From positions 770 through 64,769 of the forward strand of contig CAJJVD010000003.1 of NCBI GenBank assembly GCA_905196345.1: DNA of 64,000 bases. The letters run 5' to 3'. A program made the position numbers and the translations under genes. This DNA comes from an uncultured Lachnospiraceae bacterium (lineage in GTDB: Bacteria > Bacillota > Clostridia > Lachnospirales > Lachnospiraceae). This document shows positions 31,228 through 41,482 of the stretch, one piece after another (positions within the stretch are counted from its first letter, which is position 1; the number at the start of each line of letters is the position of its first letter). The notes beneath the pieces were generated by a model. The model was not told the DNA's origin. It ran no database searches and saw only the letters and a list, made by a program, of their open reading frames with translations.

Positions 31228-33102
31228 ATGGTTTTAGAAAAGATTCAAAAAGAAAACGATATAAAGAAACTGGAAGCGGAGGAATTGGATCTGCTGGCGC
31301 AGGAAATCCGAGAGTTTTTAATTGAGAAGATCAGTAAAACCGGAGGACATCTGGCATCCAATCTGGGGGTTGTGGAATTGACGATGGCGCTTCATCTTGT
31401 TTTTGACCTTCCGGAAGATAAATTGATCTGGGATGTGGGACATCAGGCATATACGCATAAATTGTTGACAGGTCGCAGGGAAGGTTTTGATGAGCTACGT
31501 AAATTTGGAGGTATGAGCGGTTTTCCAAAAAGAGGAGAAAGTCCGTGTGATGCATTTGATACCGGACATAGTTCTACGTCTATATCTGCAGGGCTGGGGC
31601 TTGTAGCAGCACGGAATATGCAGAATGAGAATTATAGTGTTGTTTCTATCATCGGAGATGGATCAATGACTGGCGGAATGGCGTATGAAGCGTTAAATAA
31701 TGCTGCTCGGCAAAAGGGAAATTTTATTATTGTCTTGAACGATAATAATATGTCGATTTCGGAAAATGTAGGTGCAATGTCACGTTATCTGGACGGATTA
31801 CGCACTGCAGAAGCATATACAGAATTAAAGCGAGGGGTAGAGGATACACTGAAAAAGATACCGGGACGAGGAGAAAAAATCGTTTATCAGATTCGAAAGA
31901 CAAAAAGTGGAATTAAGCAGCTGATTGTACCGGGCATGTTTTTTGAGGATATGGGAATTACTTATCTGGGACCGGTAGATGGACATGATCTGAAAAAAAT
32001 GATCAAGGTGCTTCGGGAAGCGAAGCGTCTGGACCGACCGGTTCTGGTTCATGTTTTAACAAAAAAGGGCAAGGGATATCTTCCGGCAGAGGAAAATCCT
32101 TCCAAATTTCATGGAACCGGGCCGTTTGAGGTAGAAACCGGAGAGGCAATCACAACCTCGGATAAGGATAGCTATACAGATGTCTTTTCGAAGGTAATCT
32201 GTGATATCGGCAAGTCTAATCGGAAGGTTGTGACAATTACTGCAGCGATGGCAGATGGAACCGGCTTGAGCAGATTTGCCAAATATTTTCCACAGCGATT
32301 TTTTGATGTAGGTATTGCTGAAGAACATGCGCTTACGTTTGCTGCCGGACTTGCGGCAGGTGGGATGAAACCAGTGGTTGCATTGTATTCCTCTTTTTTA
32401 CAGAGAGCTTATGATCAGGCGATTCACGACATCTGTATGCAGAACCTTCCTGTTATGATTGCTGTAGATCGGGCGGGATTGGTTGGAAATGACGGGGAAA
32501 CACATCAAGGTGTTTTTGATCTTTCGTTTTTGAGTATGATTCCGAACATGACAGTTATGGCGCCTAAAAACAGATGGGAATTGGCAGATATGGTTCGGTT
32601 TTGCGTGGATTATGATGCGCCGGTTGCACTCCGGTATCCAAGAGGAACTGCATATGAGGGGTTAAAGGAATTTCGTGCTCCCATTGAGTATGGAAAGAGT
32701 GAACTGCTTTATGAAGAAGAAAGTATTGCAATTTTGTTTGTCGGGCATATGTCTGAACTTGCAGAGTCTGTGCGTACAGAATTGAAAGATATGGGATATA
32801 GCTGCTCGCTTGTAAATGCGCGTTTTATAAAGCCTCTGGATACGGAAATGATCGAGCGGCTCAGTCGAGAGCATCGTTTGCTTGTAACGATTGAAGAAAA
32901 CGTTCTGAGTGGCGGATATGGGGCGAGAGTATTGGATTATGTTTCAAAAGAAAAGTTGCCGGTACATGTCTGCAGGATCGGGCTCCCGGATGCATTTATT
33001 GAGCAGGGAAACATCGATCTTTTGCGTCGGGAAAATGGACTGGAAAAATCTGCAATCGTGAAGAAAATTATTAATGAATATGCAGAAATGATAGAAAAAT
33101 AA
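31228..33102 (+). CDS. dxs: 1-deoxy-D-xylulose-5-phosphate synthase
   Basis: TPP-binding GDG...N motif; transketolase-like domains; 624 aa. Confidence 0.95.
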   Translation: MVLEKIQKENDIKKLEAEELDLLAQEIREFLIEKISKTGGHLASNLGVVELTMALHLVFDLPEDKLIWDVGHQAYTHKLLTGRREGFDELRKFGGMSGFPKRGESPCDAFDTGHSSTSISAGLGLVAARNMQNENYSVVSIIGDGSMTGGMAYEALNNAARQKGNFIIVLNDNNMSISENVGAMSRYLDGLRTAEAYTELKRGVEDTLKKIPGRGEKIVYQIRKTKSGIKQLIVPGMFFEDMGITYLGPVDGHDLKKMIKVLREAKRLDRPVLVHVLTKKGKGYLPAEENPSKFHGTGPFEVETGEAITTSDKDSYTDVFSKVICDIGKSNRKVVTITAAMADGTGLSRFAKYFPQRFFDVGIAEEHALTFAAGLAAGGMKPVVALYSSFLQRAYDQAIHDICMQNLPVMIAVDRAGLVGNDGETHQGVFDLSFLSMIPNMTVMAPKNRWELADMVRFCVDYDAPVALRYPRGTAYEGLKEFRAPIEYGKSELLYEEESIAILFVGHMSELAESVRTELKDMGYSCSLVNARFIKPLDTEMIERLSREHRLLVTIEENVLSGGYGARVLDYVSKEKLPVHVCRIGLPDAFIEQGNIDLLRRENGLEKSAIVKKIINEYAEMIEK

Positions 33103-33116
33103 AGGATTAGGATAAC

Positions 33117-33923
33117 ATGAAAGAACGTTTGGATGTGCTGCTTGTAAAGCGGAATCTGGCAGAGTCCAGAGAAAAGGCAAAGGCAATTATTATGTCTGGA
33201 AATGTATTTGTTGAGGGACAGCGAGAGGATAAGGCAGGAACAACATTTTCGGAGGAAGTGCAGATTGAAATTAAGGGACATACGCTGCCTTACGTTAGTC
33301 GTGGCGGTCTGAAACTGGAGAAAGCATTGGCTAATTTCGATGTGACAGTGGAAGGAAAGGTATGTACAGATGTAGGTTCTTCTACTGGTGGTTTTACAGA
33401 TTGTATGTTACAGAATGGAGCGGTAAAAGTATTTGCAATAGATGTCGGCAGGGGACAGCTGGATTGGAAACTGCGTCAGGATGAGCGGGTTGTTTGCATG
33501 GAAAAGACAAATATCCGTTATGTAACACCGGAAGACATCGGAGAGCCGATTGATTTTTCTTCAATCGATGTATCTTTTATCTCTTTAACTAAAGTTTTGG
33601 AACCAATCCGTAATTATTTGAAGGCGGATGGGGAGATTGTGGCATTGATTAAGCCTCAGTTTGAAGCCGGAAGAGAGAAAGTGGGAAAAAAAGGTGTTGT
33701 ACGGGAGCGCAGTACACATCGGGAAGTGATTGAGAAGGTTGCAGTCTATGCACATTCTATCGGATTTGAGATTCTGAATATTGATTTTTCGCCGATTAAA
33801 GGACCGGAAGGTAATATTGAATATTTGATCCATTTGAAAAAGCATGAAGATCATGAAGTGCCGGAAATTACAGTGGATCTTAGTTCTGTTGTGGATCGTG
33901 CTTTTGAAGAACTGCAGCATTAA
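33117..33923 (+). CDS. tlyA: TlyA family rRNA 2'-O-methyltransferase (hemolysin A-like)
   Basis: S4 domain N-terminus plus FtsJ-like methyltransferase. Confidence 0.85.
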   Translation: MKERLDVLLVKRNLAESREKAKAIIMSGNVFVEGQREDKAGTTFSEEVQIEIKGHTLPYVSRGGLKLEKALANFDVTVEGKVCTDVGSSTGGFTDCMLQNGAVKVFAIDVGRGQLDWKLRQDERVVCMEKTNIRYVTPEDIGEPIDFSSIDVSFISLTKVLEPIRNYLKADGEIVALIKPQFEAGREKVGKKGVVRERSTHREVIEKVAVYAHSIGFEILNIDFSPIKGPEGNIEYLIHLKKHEDHEVPEITVDLSSVVDRAFEELQH

Positions 33924-33936
33924 GAGAGGAAACATT

Positions 33937-34776
33937 ATGGAGCGGTTTTATATCATTACAAACAATCTGAAAGATATAGACTACCGGATTACCAGAGAAA
34001 TGAAAGCGTATATAGAAGCGAATGGAAAGGAATGCCTGCTTTGTGAGAAAGATGAAGAAGGACATATTATTCCAGAAAAAGTACCGGAGCACTGTGATTG
34101 TGGAATTGTATTAGGTGGAGATGGAACATTGATCCGGGCAGCGCGTGAATTGATAGACTATGATATTCCGCTGTTGGGTGTGAATATGGGGACTCTAGGG
34201 TATTTGACGGAAGTAGAACTTCCAAATTACAAAGAAGCATTGGGCAGATTATTTGAATATACTCCGGAAATTGAAAAACGTATGATGATACAGGGATGTG
34301 TTATTGGAAAACGGAGACAGGATAATATTGCAATGAATGATATTGTAATCACGCGGGAAGGCGGGCTTAGAATTGTTCATTTTAACGTCTATGTCAATGG
34401 GTTATTTATGAGTAGTTATCAGGCAGATGGTCTGATTATATCTACACCGACAGGATCCACAGGTTACAATCTTTCGGCAGGCGGTCCGGTTGTAGAACCA
34501 ACAGCAAGTATGTTGGTTATTACACCAATCTGTTCACATGCATTGAATGCGAGCAGTGTTGTTCTTTCAGCAGAAGACACGATTGAAGTGGAGATCTGTG
34601 AAGGCAGGTATGGGCGGACAGAACGGGCTCTTGTTACATTTGATGGCGCAGAGACAGTGGCGCTGGAGTCGGGAGACCGGGTAAAAGTGCAAAAGGCAGA
34701 AGCATATACTAGGTTGATTAAACTTAGTAAAGAGAGCTTTATTAAAACAATGAGGGAAAAGATGAAAGGAAACTAA
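33937..34776 (+). CDS. nadK: NAD+ kinase
   Basis: GGDGT motif and NAD kinase fold; ATG at 33937 with AGAGGAAA RBS (track ORF starts upstream at 33844). Confidence 0.85.
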   Translation: MERFYIITNNLKDIDYRITREMKAYIEANGKECLLCEKDEEGHIIPEKVPEHCDCGIVLGGDGTLIRAARELIDYDIPLLGVNMGTLGYLTEVELPNYKEALGRLFEYTPEIEKRMMIQGCVIGKRRQDNIAMNDIVITREGGLRIVHFNVYVNGLFMSSYQADGLIISTPTGSTGYNLSAGGPVVEPTASMLVITPICSHALNASSVVLSAEDTIEVEICEGRYGRTERALVTFDGAETVALESGDRVKVQKAEAYTRLIKLSKESFIKTMREKMKGN

Positions 34777-34780
34777 ACGT

Positions 34781-35239
34781 ATGAAAGTGAGTCGTCATGC
34801 AAAAATTATTGAACTGATCAATCAGTATAGTGTAGAGACACAGGAAGAATTGGCAGACCGTCTGAATGATGCCGGATTTAAAGTGACGCAGGCAACTGTT
34901 TCCAGAGATATCAGAGATCTGAAACTGACGAAAGTTTCAGTCAATGGAGGAAAACAAAAATATGTTGTTTTGAAACCGGAAGAAGATGGCATGAATGAAA
35001 AATATGTCAGGGTTTTGTGTGACGGATTTCTTTCCATGGATATGGCACAGAATATTCTTGTGATTAAGACGGTCTCTGGGATGGCCATGGCGGTTGCAGT
35101 TGCGGTTGATGCTATGAAATGGCATGAAGTTGTTGGGTGTATAGCAGGGGATGATACGATTATGTGTGCAATCCGTACTGCAGAAGACACGAGGGCTGTA
35201 ATGGATAAGATTCGTAAAATTGTGTCAAAAGGTAAATAA
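34781..35239 (+). CDS. argR: Arginine repressor
   Basis: Winged-helix N-terminus plus ArgR C-terminal oligomerisation domain; upstream of recN as in Bacillus (ahrC). Confidence 0.85.
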   Translation: MKVSRHAKIIELINQYSVETQEELADRLNDAGFKVTQATVSRDIRDLKLTKVSVNGGKQKYVVLKPEEDGMNEKYVRVLCDGFLSMDMAQNILVIKTVSGMAMAVAVAVDAMKWHEVVGCIAGDDTIMCAIRTAEDTRAVMDKIRKIVSKGK

Positions 35240-35241
35240 TT

Positions 35242-36918
35242 ATGTTAGAAAATTTACATGTAAAAAACTTGGCCTTAATTGATGAGATTGAGGTGGATTT
35301 TCATCCCGGTTTAAATATTTTGACTGGTGAAACAGGTGCAGGAAAATCTATTCTTTTAGGCTCTGTGAATTTGGCACTGGGAGGTCGCTATACAGCGGAT
35401 CTGCTTCGGACAGGAAGTAAGTTTGGACTGGTAGAATTAACATTTTTAGTTGAAAATGAAACAATTATAGAACAACTTGGAAAGTTGGATATCTATCCGG
35501 AAGATGGGCGGATCACTTTAAGCCGTAAATTAATGAAAGGCAGAAGTACCAGTAAAATCAATGGAGAAACGGTTAGTATGAGCACTTTAAAAGATGTTGC
35601 AAGTATGCTCATAGATATACATGGACAGCATGAACACCAATCTCTTTTGCATAAGAAAAATCATTTGGCTTTTCTGGACCTTTATGCCAGGGATTCGGTT
35701 TCTGGTTTAAAAGAAGAAACCGCAGAGGCATATCGAGTATATCAGCGCTGTAAGCGCAAATTAGAAGAATCCAGTATGGACGAGAGAGAACGGCAAAAAG
35801 AATTGTCTCTGACAGAATTTGAGGTTAATGAAATTGAAGAAGCAGATTTATCGGAGGGAGAAGATGAAGAATTAGAACAGACTTACCGACGAATGCTTGA
35901 TGGCAAAAAAATAACGGAAGGAATCGCAGAGGCTTATCAATATACAAGCGAAGATGCCTCTGGAAATGCCAGTGACTATTTGAGCCGTGCAATTCGTGCA
36001 CTTCAGGAAGCTGCAGAGTGTGATGAACAAGGTGACTCTCTTTATTCTCAGCTCTTAGAAATTGATAGTCTGCTTAATGATTTCAATCGGGAATTATCTG
36101 ATTATGCAAAATCGTTTGAGTTTTCAGAAGAAGAGTATTATGATACAGAAAATCGGCTGAATGAAATAAATCATTTAAAGGCAAAATATGGAAACTCCGT
36201 AAAAGATATATTGGAATATTGTGAAGAAAAAAAGCAAAGACTAAAAGAACTGGAAGATTATGAAAATTATATATTAAATTTGCATGAACAACTGGAAAAT
36301 GCAGAAAAAAAATATCGTAAAACAGCTTCAGAACTTAGCAAAAAACGACAAAATGCAGCGAAAAATTTTGTCGATGAAATTAGAAGTGGTCTTGCTGATT
36401 TGAATTTTCTTGATATACAGTTTGAGATGCGGTTTACAGAATTGTCTGCATATACAGCTGGTGGAATGGATGAAGCGGAGTTTTATCTGTCTGCAAATCC
36501 CGGAGAGGCACTGCGTCCGATGGGATTGGCGGCTTCCGGGGGAGAATTATCCAGAATTATGCTGGTGATCAAGAGTGTGCTTGCAGACAGAGAGGATACG
36601 CCGACATTGATATTTGATGAGATTGATACCGGAATCAGTGGAATTACCGCGGGTAAGGTGGCTGAAAAGATGCATCTTATCGGAGCCTCGAGACAGGTAC
36701 TTTGTATTACGCATTTGGCGCAGATTGCGGCAATGGCAGATACGCATTACCGAATCGAAAAATCTTCACAAGAACATTCTACGAATACGGAAATTTATGA
36801 GTTAGAAGAAAAAGAGTCGATTGAGGAACTTGCAAGACTTCTGGGAGGAGCAAAGGTTACGGAAAGCATTTTGGAAAGTGCGAAAGAAATGAAAACATTG
36901 GCAAAGTGTGAAAGATAA
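35242..36918 (+). CDS. recN: DNA repair protein RecN
   Basis: SMC-like Walker A GETGAGKS, long coiled coil, C-terminal signature/Walker B. Confidence 0.9.
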   Translation: MLENLHVKNLALIDEIEVDFHPGLNILTGETGAGKSILLGSVNLALGGRYTADLLRTGSKFGLVELTFLVENETIIEQLGKLDIYPEDGRITLSRKLMKGRSTSKINGETVSMSTLKDVASMLIDIHGQHEHQSLLHKKNHLAFLDLYARDSVSGLKEETAEAYRVYQRCKRKLEESSMDERERQKELSLTEFEVNEIEEADLSEGEDEELEQTYRRMLDGKKITEGIAEAYQYTSEDASGNASDYLSRAIRALQEAAECDEQGDSLYSQLLEIDSLLNDFNRELSDYAKSFEFSEEEYYDTENRLNEINHLKAKYGNSVKDILEYCEEKKQRLKELEDYENYILNLHEQLENAEKKYRKTASELSKKRQNAAKNFVDEIRSGLADLNFLDIQFEMRFTELSAYTAGGMDEAEFYLSANPGEALRPMGLAASGGELSRIMLVIKSVLADREDTPTLIFDEIDTGISGITAGKVAEKMHLIGASRQVLCITHLAQIAAMADTHYRIEKSSQEHSTNTEIYELEEKESIEELARLLGGAKVTESILESAKEMKTLAKCER

Positions 36919-36953
36919 TACCAGTGTGAAATAGAGAAAAGTGTCACATACTA

Positions 36954-37006
36954 AAACGGACATCGGAAATCAGTAATGATGAATCGAATGTCCGTTTTTC
37001 TTTTTA
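36954..37006 (+). terminator. Rho-independent terminator after recN
   Basis: AAAACGGACAT...ATGTCCGTTTT followed by TCTTTTT. Confidence 0.6.
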
Positions 37007-37023
37007 ATTAAGATAGAAAGGAC

Positions 37024-38091
37024 GTGTATGTGGTGTATAAAAATAAGAAAAAAATAATACTTTTTACATTTTTTTGCGTTTCTGTATTTTTTTCCGGATA
37101 CTTGGGATGGTCTTATGCAGTTGAAGTGCCGCAGGAAGAGGTGAGTACGGAAAAAATCGATGAAAGTACAGTGCTTGTCGGCGGCATGCCGGTTGGAATA
37201 TATATGGAAACAGAAGGGGTACTTGTATTGGATACGCAAAGTATTCAGGGGATACATGGCGAAGTTCACAATCCGGCTCGGAATTTGGTGAAAGCTGGTG
37301 ATTATATTATTGCTGTAAATGGGAAAATCATTCCGGACAAAAAATCATTGATTCAAGTCTTACATGAAATGGATGAAAAAGATGTTGTGTTGAAACTGAG
37401 GCGTCAAAATGAGGTTCTGGAAGTAAAAATGGAAGCTGTAGAATGTGACGGTAATGAATATAAACTTGGAATCTGGGTCCGAGATAATGTACAGGGACTT
37501 GGTACAGTTACGTTTCTTACGGGAAATAGTCAATATGGTGCCTTAGGACATGGGATTCATGATGTAGATACCAATGTTCTGATGGATATACAAGAAGGGA
37601 GTCTGTATCGAACCAGTATTCGCTCTGTGGTTAAAGGTGAAAATGGAATTCCCGGAAGTATGGAAGGAATGATTGTATATAATGAATATAATCGTTTGGG
37701 AACAGTTGAGAAAAATACGGAAGCGGGGATATATGGAACAATTCAGGATATTGGACCATTGTTCGAAGAACAGATTCCGGTTCGTGTTGCCCAAAAAGAA
37801 GAAATTGAAGTTGGGAATGCTAAGATCCGTTGCTTTTTAGATGGAAAAATTCAAGAATATGAGATCCAGATAATGGATGTGGATTATAATGCGAAAGAAA
37901 TCAATAAGGGTATCGTTCTACAGGTAACAGATCCGAGGTTGCTGGAAGAAACCGGCGGGATTATACAAGGTATGAGTGGGTCTCCTATTTTACAGAATGG
38001 GAAATTAATCGGAGCGGTTACCCATGTATTTGTTAATGATCCATCCAAGGGATATGGAATTTTCGCAGAGACAATGTTACGCCAATTGTAA
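37024..38091 (+). CDS. spoIVB: SpoIVB sporulation serine peptidase
   Basis: Signal/TM N-terminus, PDZ domain, S55 peptidase domain; conserved recN-spoIVB-spo0A synteny; exact start uncertain. Confidence 0.8.
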   Translation: MYVVYKNKKKIILFTFFCVSVFFSGYLGWSYAVEVPQEEVSTEKIDESTVLVGGMPVGIYMETEGVLVLDTQSIQGIHGEVHNPARNLVKAGDYIIAVNGKIIPDKKSLIQVLHEMDEKDVVLKLRRQNEVLEVKMEAVECDGNEYKLGIWVRDNVQGLGTVTFLTGNSQYGALGHGIHDVDTNVLMDIQEGSLYRTSIRSVVKGENGIPGSMEGMIVYNEYNRLGTVEKNTEAGIYGTIQDIGPLFEEQIPVRVAQKEEIEVGNAKIRCFLDGKIQEYEIQIMDVDYNAKEINKGIVLQVTDPRLLEETGGIIQGMSGSPILQNGKLIGAVTHVFVNDPSKGYGIFAETMLRQL

Positions 38092-38138
38092 AATACTGTC
38101 AAAAGATAGAGGTTACAAAAGAATAAAAAACCCCCAAA

Positions 38139-38159
38139 AAGTCGACATTCTTTGTCGAA
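38139..38159 (+). promoter_or_regulatory. Pair of Spo0A-binding 0A boxes upstream of spo0A (TCGACA on - strand / TTGTCGAA on + strand)
   Basis: TGTCGAA is the canonical 0A box; an inverted near-copy sits 5 bp upstream; location matches known spo0A autoregulation. Confidence 0.5.
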
Positions 38160-38264
38160 TTGGCACGGATAAATATCCTTGATTTCTGCATAATTATACA
38201 AGTATAATGGTCTAAGTGGTGTTTCTTTAGTTCGGGCTTCAAGTTATAGGAGGATTAGGGGATT

Positions 38265-39053
38265 ATGGAGCATTTGAACGTGGCCATCGCAGACGATAAT
38301 GAAAGAATTTTAGACATGTTGGAAGAGGTGATCAACATGGACAAAGATTTAAAAGTTGTTGGAAAAGCAAAAAATGGGGAAGAGATGTGTCAGATTATCA
38401 AGAATAAAGAACCAGATGTTGTTCTTCTTGATTTGATTATGCCGAAAATGGATGGTCTGGCAGTTATGGAAAAAGTAAATCATGATAATACAGGCATGAA
38501 ACATCCGCATTTTATTGTTGTTACTGCAGTTGGTCAGGAGAAAATTACAGAAGATGCTTTTAACAAAGGTGCAAATTACTATATTATGAAACCATTTAAT
38601 AATAAGGTACTAGTAGATCGGATAAAGACTGTAAGCAGAGTGTTCCAAAATCACGAAAGAAAAAATGAAGAAACAATGGAGACAACCCAGATTCGGGAAG
38701 AGGATCTGGAAACACGAGTAACGAATATGCTGCACGAAATCGGGATACCGGCGCATATTAAAGGGTATCATTATTTGCGGGATGCGATTATGATGGCGGT
38801 GGAAGATATGGATGTTTTAAACGCAATTACAAAAATTTTATATCCGACAGTTGCAAAAAAATATCAGACAACATCTAGCAGAGTAGAACGAGCAATCCGT
38901 CATGCAATAGAAGTGGCGTGGAGCAGAGGAAAACTGGATACTTTAGATGAACTTTTTGGATATACTGTCAGTAACGGGAAAGGGAAACCGACAAATTCAG
39001 AATTTATAGCTCTGATCTCGGATACAATTCAGCTGGAGTATAAACACAAATAA
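38265..39053 (+). CDS. spo0A: Sporulation master regulator Spo0A
   Basis: Receiver domain with the phospho-accepting Asp context; C-terminal Spo0A DNA-binding domain. Confidence 0.95.
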   Translation: MEHLNVAIADDNERILDMLEEVINMDKDLKVVGKAKNGEEMCQIIKNKEPDVVLLDLIMPKMDGLAVMEKVNHDNTGMKHPHFIVVTAVGQEKITEDAFNKGANYYIMKPFNNKVLVDRIKTVSRVFQNHERKNEETMETTQIREEDLETRVTNMLHEIGIPAHIKGYHYLRDAIMMAVEDMDVLNAITKILYPTVAKKYQTTSSRVERAIRHAIEVAWSRGKLDTLDELFGYTVSNGKGKPTNSEFIALISDTIQLEYKHK

Positions 39054-39133
39054 TTAAATCTTTTCAAGTGCTTTGAAATGCGGTATAATAATAAACAGAA
39101 TTGCTGAAGAATGAAGAAAGTGGAGGAGTTATC

Positions 39134-40582
39134 ATGAGAAATATTTTATTTGTATCTTCAGAATGTGTGCCGTTTATTAAAACTGGAGGATTGGCAGATG
39201 TAGTGGGGTCACTGCCAAAATATTTTGACAAAAGTAAATATGATGTGCGTGTTGTTTTGCCAAAGTATAACTGCATGTTTCAGAAATGGAAAGATATGAT
39301 GGAATATGTAGATCATTTCTACATGAATCTGGCAGGGGAAGATCGTTATGTAGGAATTATGAAATGTGAATATGAGGGAATTACATTTTATTTTATCGAC
39401 AACGAGTATTACTTTAACGGTTTTGCACCGTACGATGGAGATCCGAGATGGAATATCGAAAAATTTGCATTTTTTTCAAAAGCAGTTTTGAGTATTCTTC
39501 CGGTGATTGATTTTCGCCCAGAATTGATTCATTGTCATGACTGGCAGACTGGTCTGGTTCCGGTTTATTTGGATAATTTCCGTTATATGGGAGAGTATTA
39601 CAGAGGAATTAAGACGGTAATGACAATACATAATTTAAAATTCCAGGGTGTCTGGGATACAAAGACAGTTCGGGAAATCACAGGATTGCCGGAGTACTAT
39701 TTTGTGCCAGATAAGATGGAGGCTTATAAAGATGCTAATCTGTTAAAGGGCGGTATTGTTTATGCAGATAAAGTGACGACAGTAAGTCAGACATATGCAC
39801 AGGAGATTAAGACACCATTCTATGGAGAGGCTTTGGATGGGCTGATGAATGCGAGATCCAATGACTTGTGGGGGATTGTGAATGGTTTGGATTACAATGA
39901 GTGGAATCCAGAAACAGATCCGAAGATTTATAAGAATTTTACTGCAGAGAATTTCCGTAAAAATAAAGTAATTAATAAGACTGAACTTCAGAGAGAACTT
40001 GGGTTGGAAGTCAATCCGAAAGTCATGATGATAGGAATGATTTCCCGTTTGACAGACCAGAAAGGTTTTGATTTGATTGATTATATGATGGATGAAATGT
40101 GTCAGGATGCAGTGCAGATTGTTGTTCTGGGAACTGGAGAAGCAAAGTATGAGAATATGTTCCGTCATTTTGCTTGGAAATATTCTGGTAAAGTATCTGC
40201 AAATATTTATTATTCAGATGAAATGTCACATAAGATTTATGCATCTTGTGACGCATTTTTGATGCCGTCTCTGTTTGAGCCATGCGGACTGAGTCAGTTG
40301 ATGAGCCTGCGTTATGGAACACTGCCGATCGTGCGTGAGACAGGAGGACTGAAAGATACTGTAGAGCCATATAATGAGTTTGATAAAACTGGTACAGGAT
40401 TTAGTTTTACAAATTACAATGCCCATGAAATGTTAAATACAGTTCGTTATGCAGAGCAGATTTATTATGATAAAAAGAGAGATTGGAATAAGATTGTTGA
40501 ACGGGCGATGTGTGCAGACTTTTCATGGTATAATTCGGCAAATAAATACCAGGAATTATATCAGAGTCTGCTTGGAGAGTAA
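39134..40582 (+). CDS. glgA: Glycogen (starch) synthase, ADP-glucose type
   Basis: N-terminal KTGGL ADP-glucose binding motif; GT5/GT1 fold; 482 aa. Confidence 0.85.
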   Translation: MRNILFVSSECVPFIKTGGLADVVGSLPKYFDKSKYDVRVVLPKYNCMFQKWKDMMEYVDHFYMNLAGEDRYVGIMKCEYEGITFYFIDNEYYFNGFAPYDGDPRWNIEKFAFFSKAVLSILPVIDFRPELIHCHDWQTGLVPVYLDNFRYMGEYYRGIKTVMTIHNLKFQGVWDTKTVREITGLPEYYFVPDKMEAYKDANLLKGGIVYADKVTTVSQTYAQEIKTPFYGEALDGLMNARSNDLWGIVNGLDYNEWNPETDPKIYKNFTAENFRKNKVINKTELQRELGLEVNPKVMMIGMISRLTDQKGFDLIDYMMDEMCQDAVQIVVLGTGEAKYENMFRHFAWKYSGKVSANIYYSDEMSHKIYASCDAFLMPSLFEPCGLSQLMSLRYGTLPIVRETGGLKDTVEPYNEFDKTGTGFSFTNYNAHEMLNTVRYAEQIYYDKKRDWNKIVERAMCADFSWYNSANKYQELYQSLLGE

Positions 40583-40612
40583 TATTTAGAGAGACATACA
40601 AAGGAGGAAAAC

Positions 40613-41482
40613 ATGAAAATTATTCACAGACTGAACGAGGAAGGCATACATATATCATTTGAGGTTTTTCCTCCAAAAACGGATGCGGGATTTCAAAAAG
40701 TATTGCAGGCAACGGAGAAAATAGCAGAACTCAAGCCGGCTTATATTAGCGTGACTTACGGAGCGGGTGGCGGTACAAGTAAAAATACTGCGAAGATCGC
40801 ATCTCATATTAAAAATAACCTGGGTGTGGAGAGTCTTGCACATCTGACTTGTGCTTCTTCTACTAAAGAGGAAGTTCAGGTTGTGATTGAAAATCTCAAA
40901 GCATTAGGAATTGAAAATATTCTTGCATTGCGCGGGGATATTCCGGAGGGAATGACATTTCCTACGGGGGATCGATATCATTATGCTTATGAGCTGGTGG
41001 AAGCAATTCGAAAATCAGGTGATTTTTGTATCGGTGCGGCATGTTATCCGGAAGGACATGTGGAAAATGAACACAAAGAGGATGATATCAAATACTTAAA
41101 ACAAAAGGTGGATAGCGGGGTGGATTTCCTGACTACGCAGATGTTTTTCGACAATGATATCCATTATAATTTTCTGTATCGGATCAGAGAGGCGGGGATT
41201 ACAGTACCGGTACTTCCGGGAATTATGCCGATTACAAGTGCCGCGCAGATGAAACGAAGCCAGGAACTGTCAGGAACGGTTTTCCCACGCAGATTCCTTT
41301 CTATTTTGGATCGGTTTGGAGATTATCCGGATGCAATGATGCAGGCAGGGATTGCATATGCAACAGACCAGATTATTGATTTACTTGCTAATGGAGTAAA
41401 GAATATTCACATTTATTCGATGAATAAACCAGAAGTTGCAGTCAAGATTATGGAGAATCTCTCCGAGGTAATAAAATGCTGA
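40613..41482 (+). CDS. metF: 5,10-methylenetetrahydrofolate reductase
   Basis: MTHFR TIM-barrel similarity. Confidence 0.85.
   Translation: MKIIHRLNEEGIHISFEVFPPKTDAGFQKVLQATEKIAELKPAYISVTYGAGGGTSKNTAKIASHIKNNLGVESLAHLTCASSTKEEVQVVIENLKALGIENILALRGDIPEGMTFPTGDRYHYAYELVEAIRKSGDFCIGAACYPEGHVENEHKEDDIKYLKQKVDSGVDFLTTQMFFDNDIHYNFLYRIREAGITVPVLPGIMPITSAAQMKRSQELSGTVFPRRFLSILDRFGDYPDAMMQAGIAYATDQIIDLLANGVKNIHIYSMNKPEVAVKIMENLSEVIKC

Noticed and set aside
40583-40612. SAM (S-box) riboswitch upstream of metF
   Set aside because: Only 30 nt of intergenic sequence; no S-box consensus
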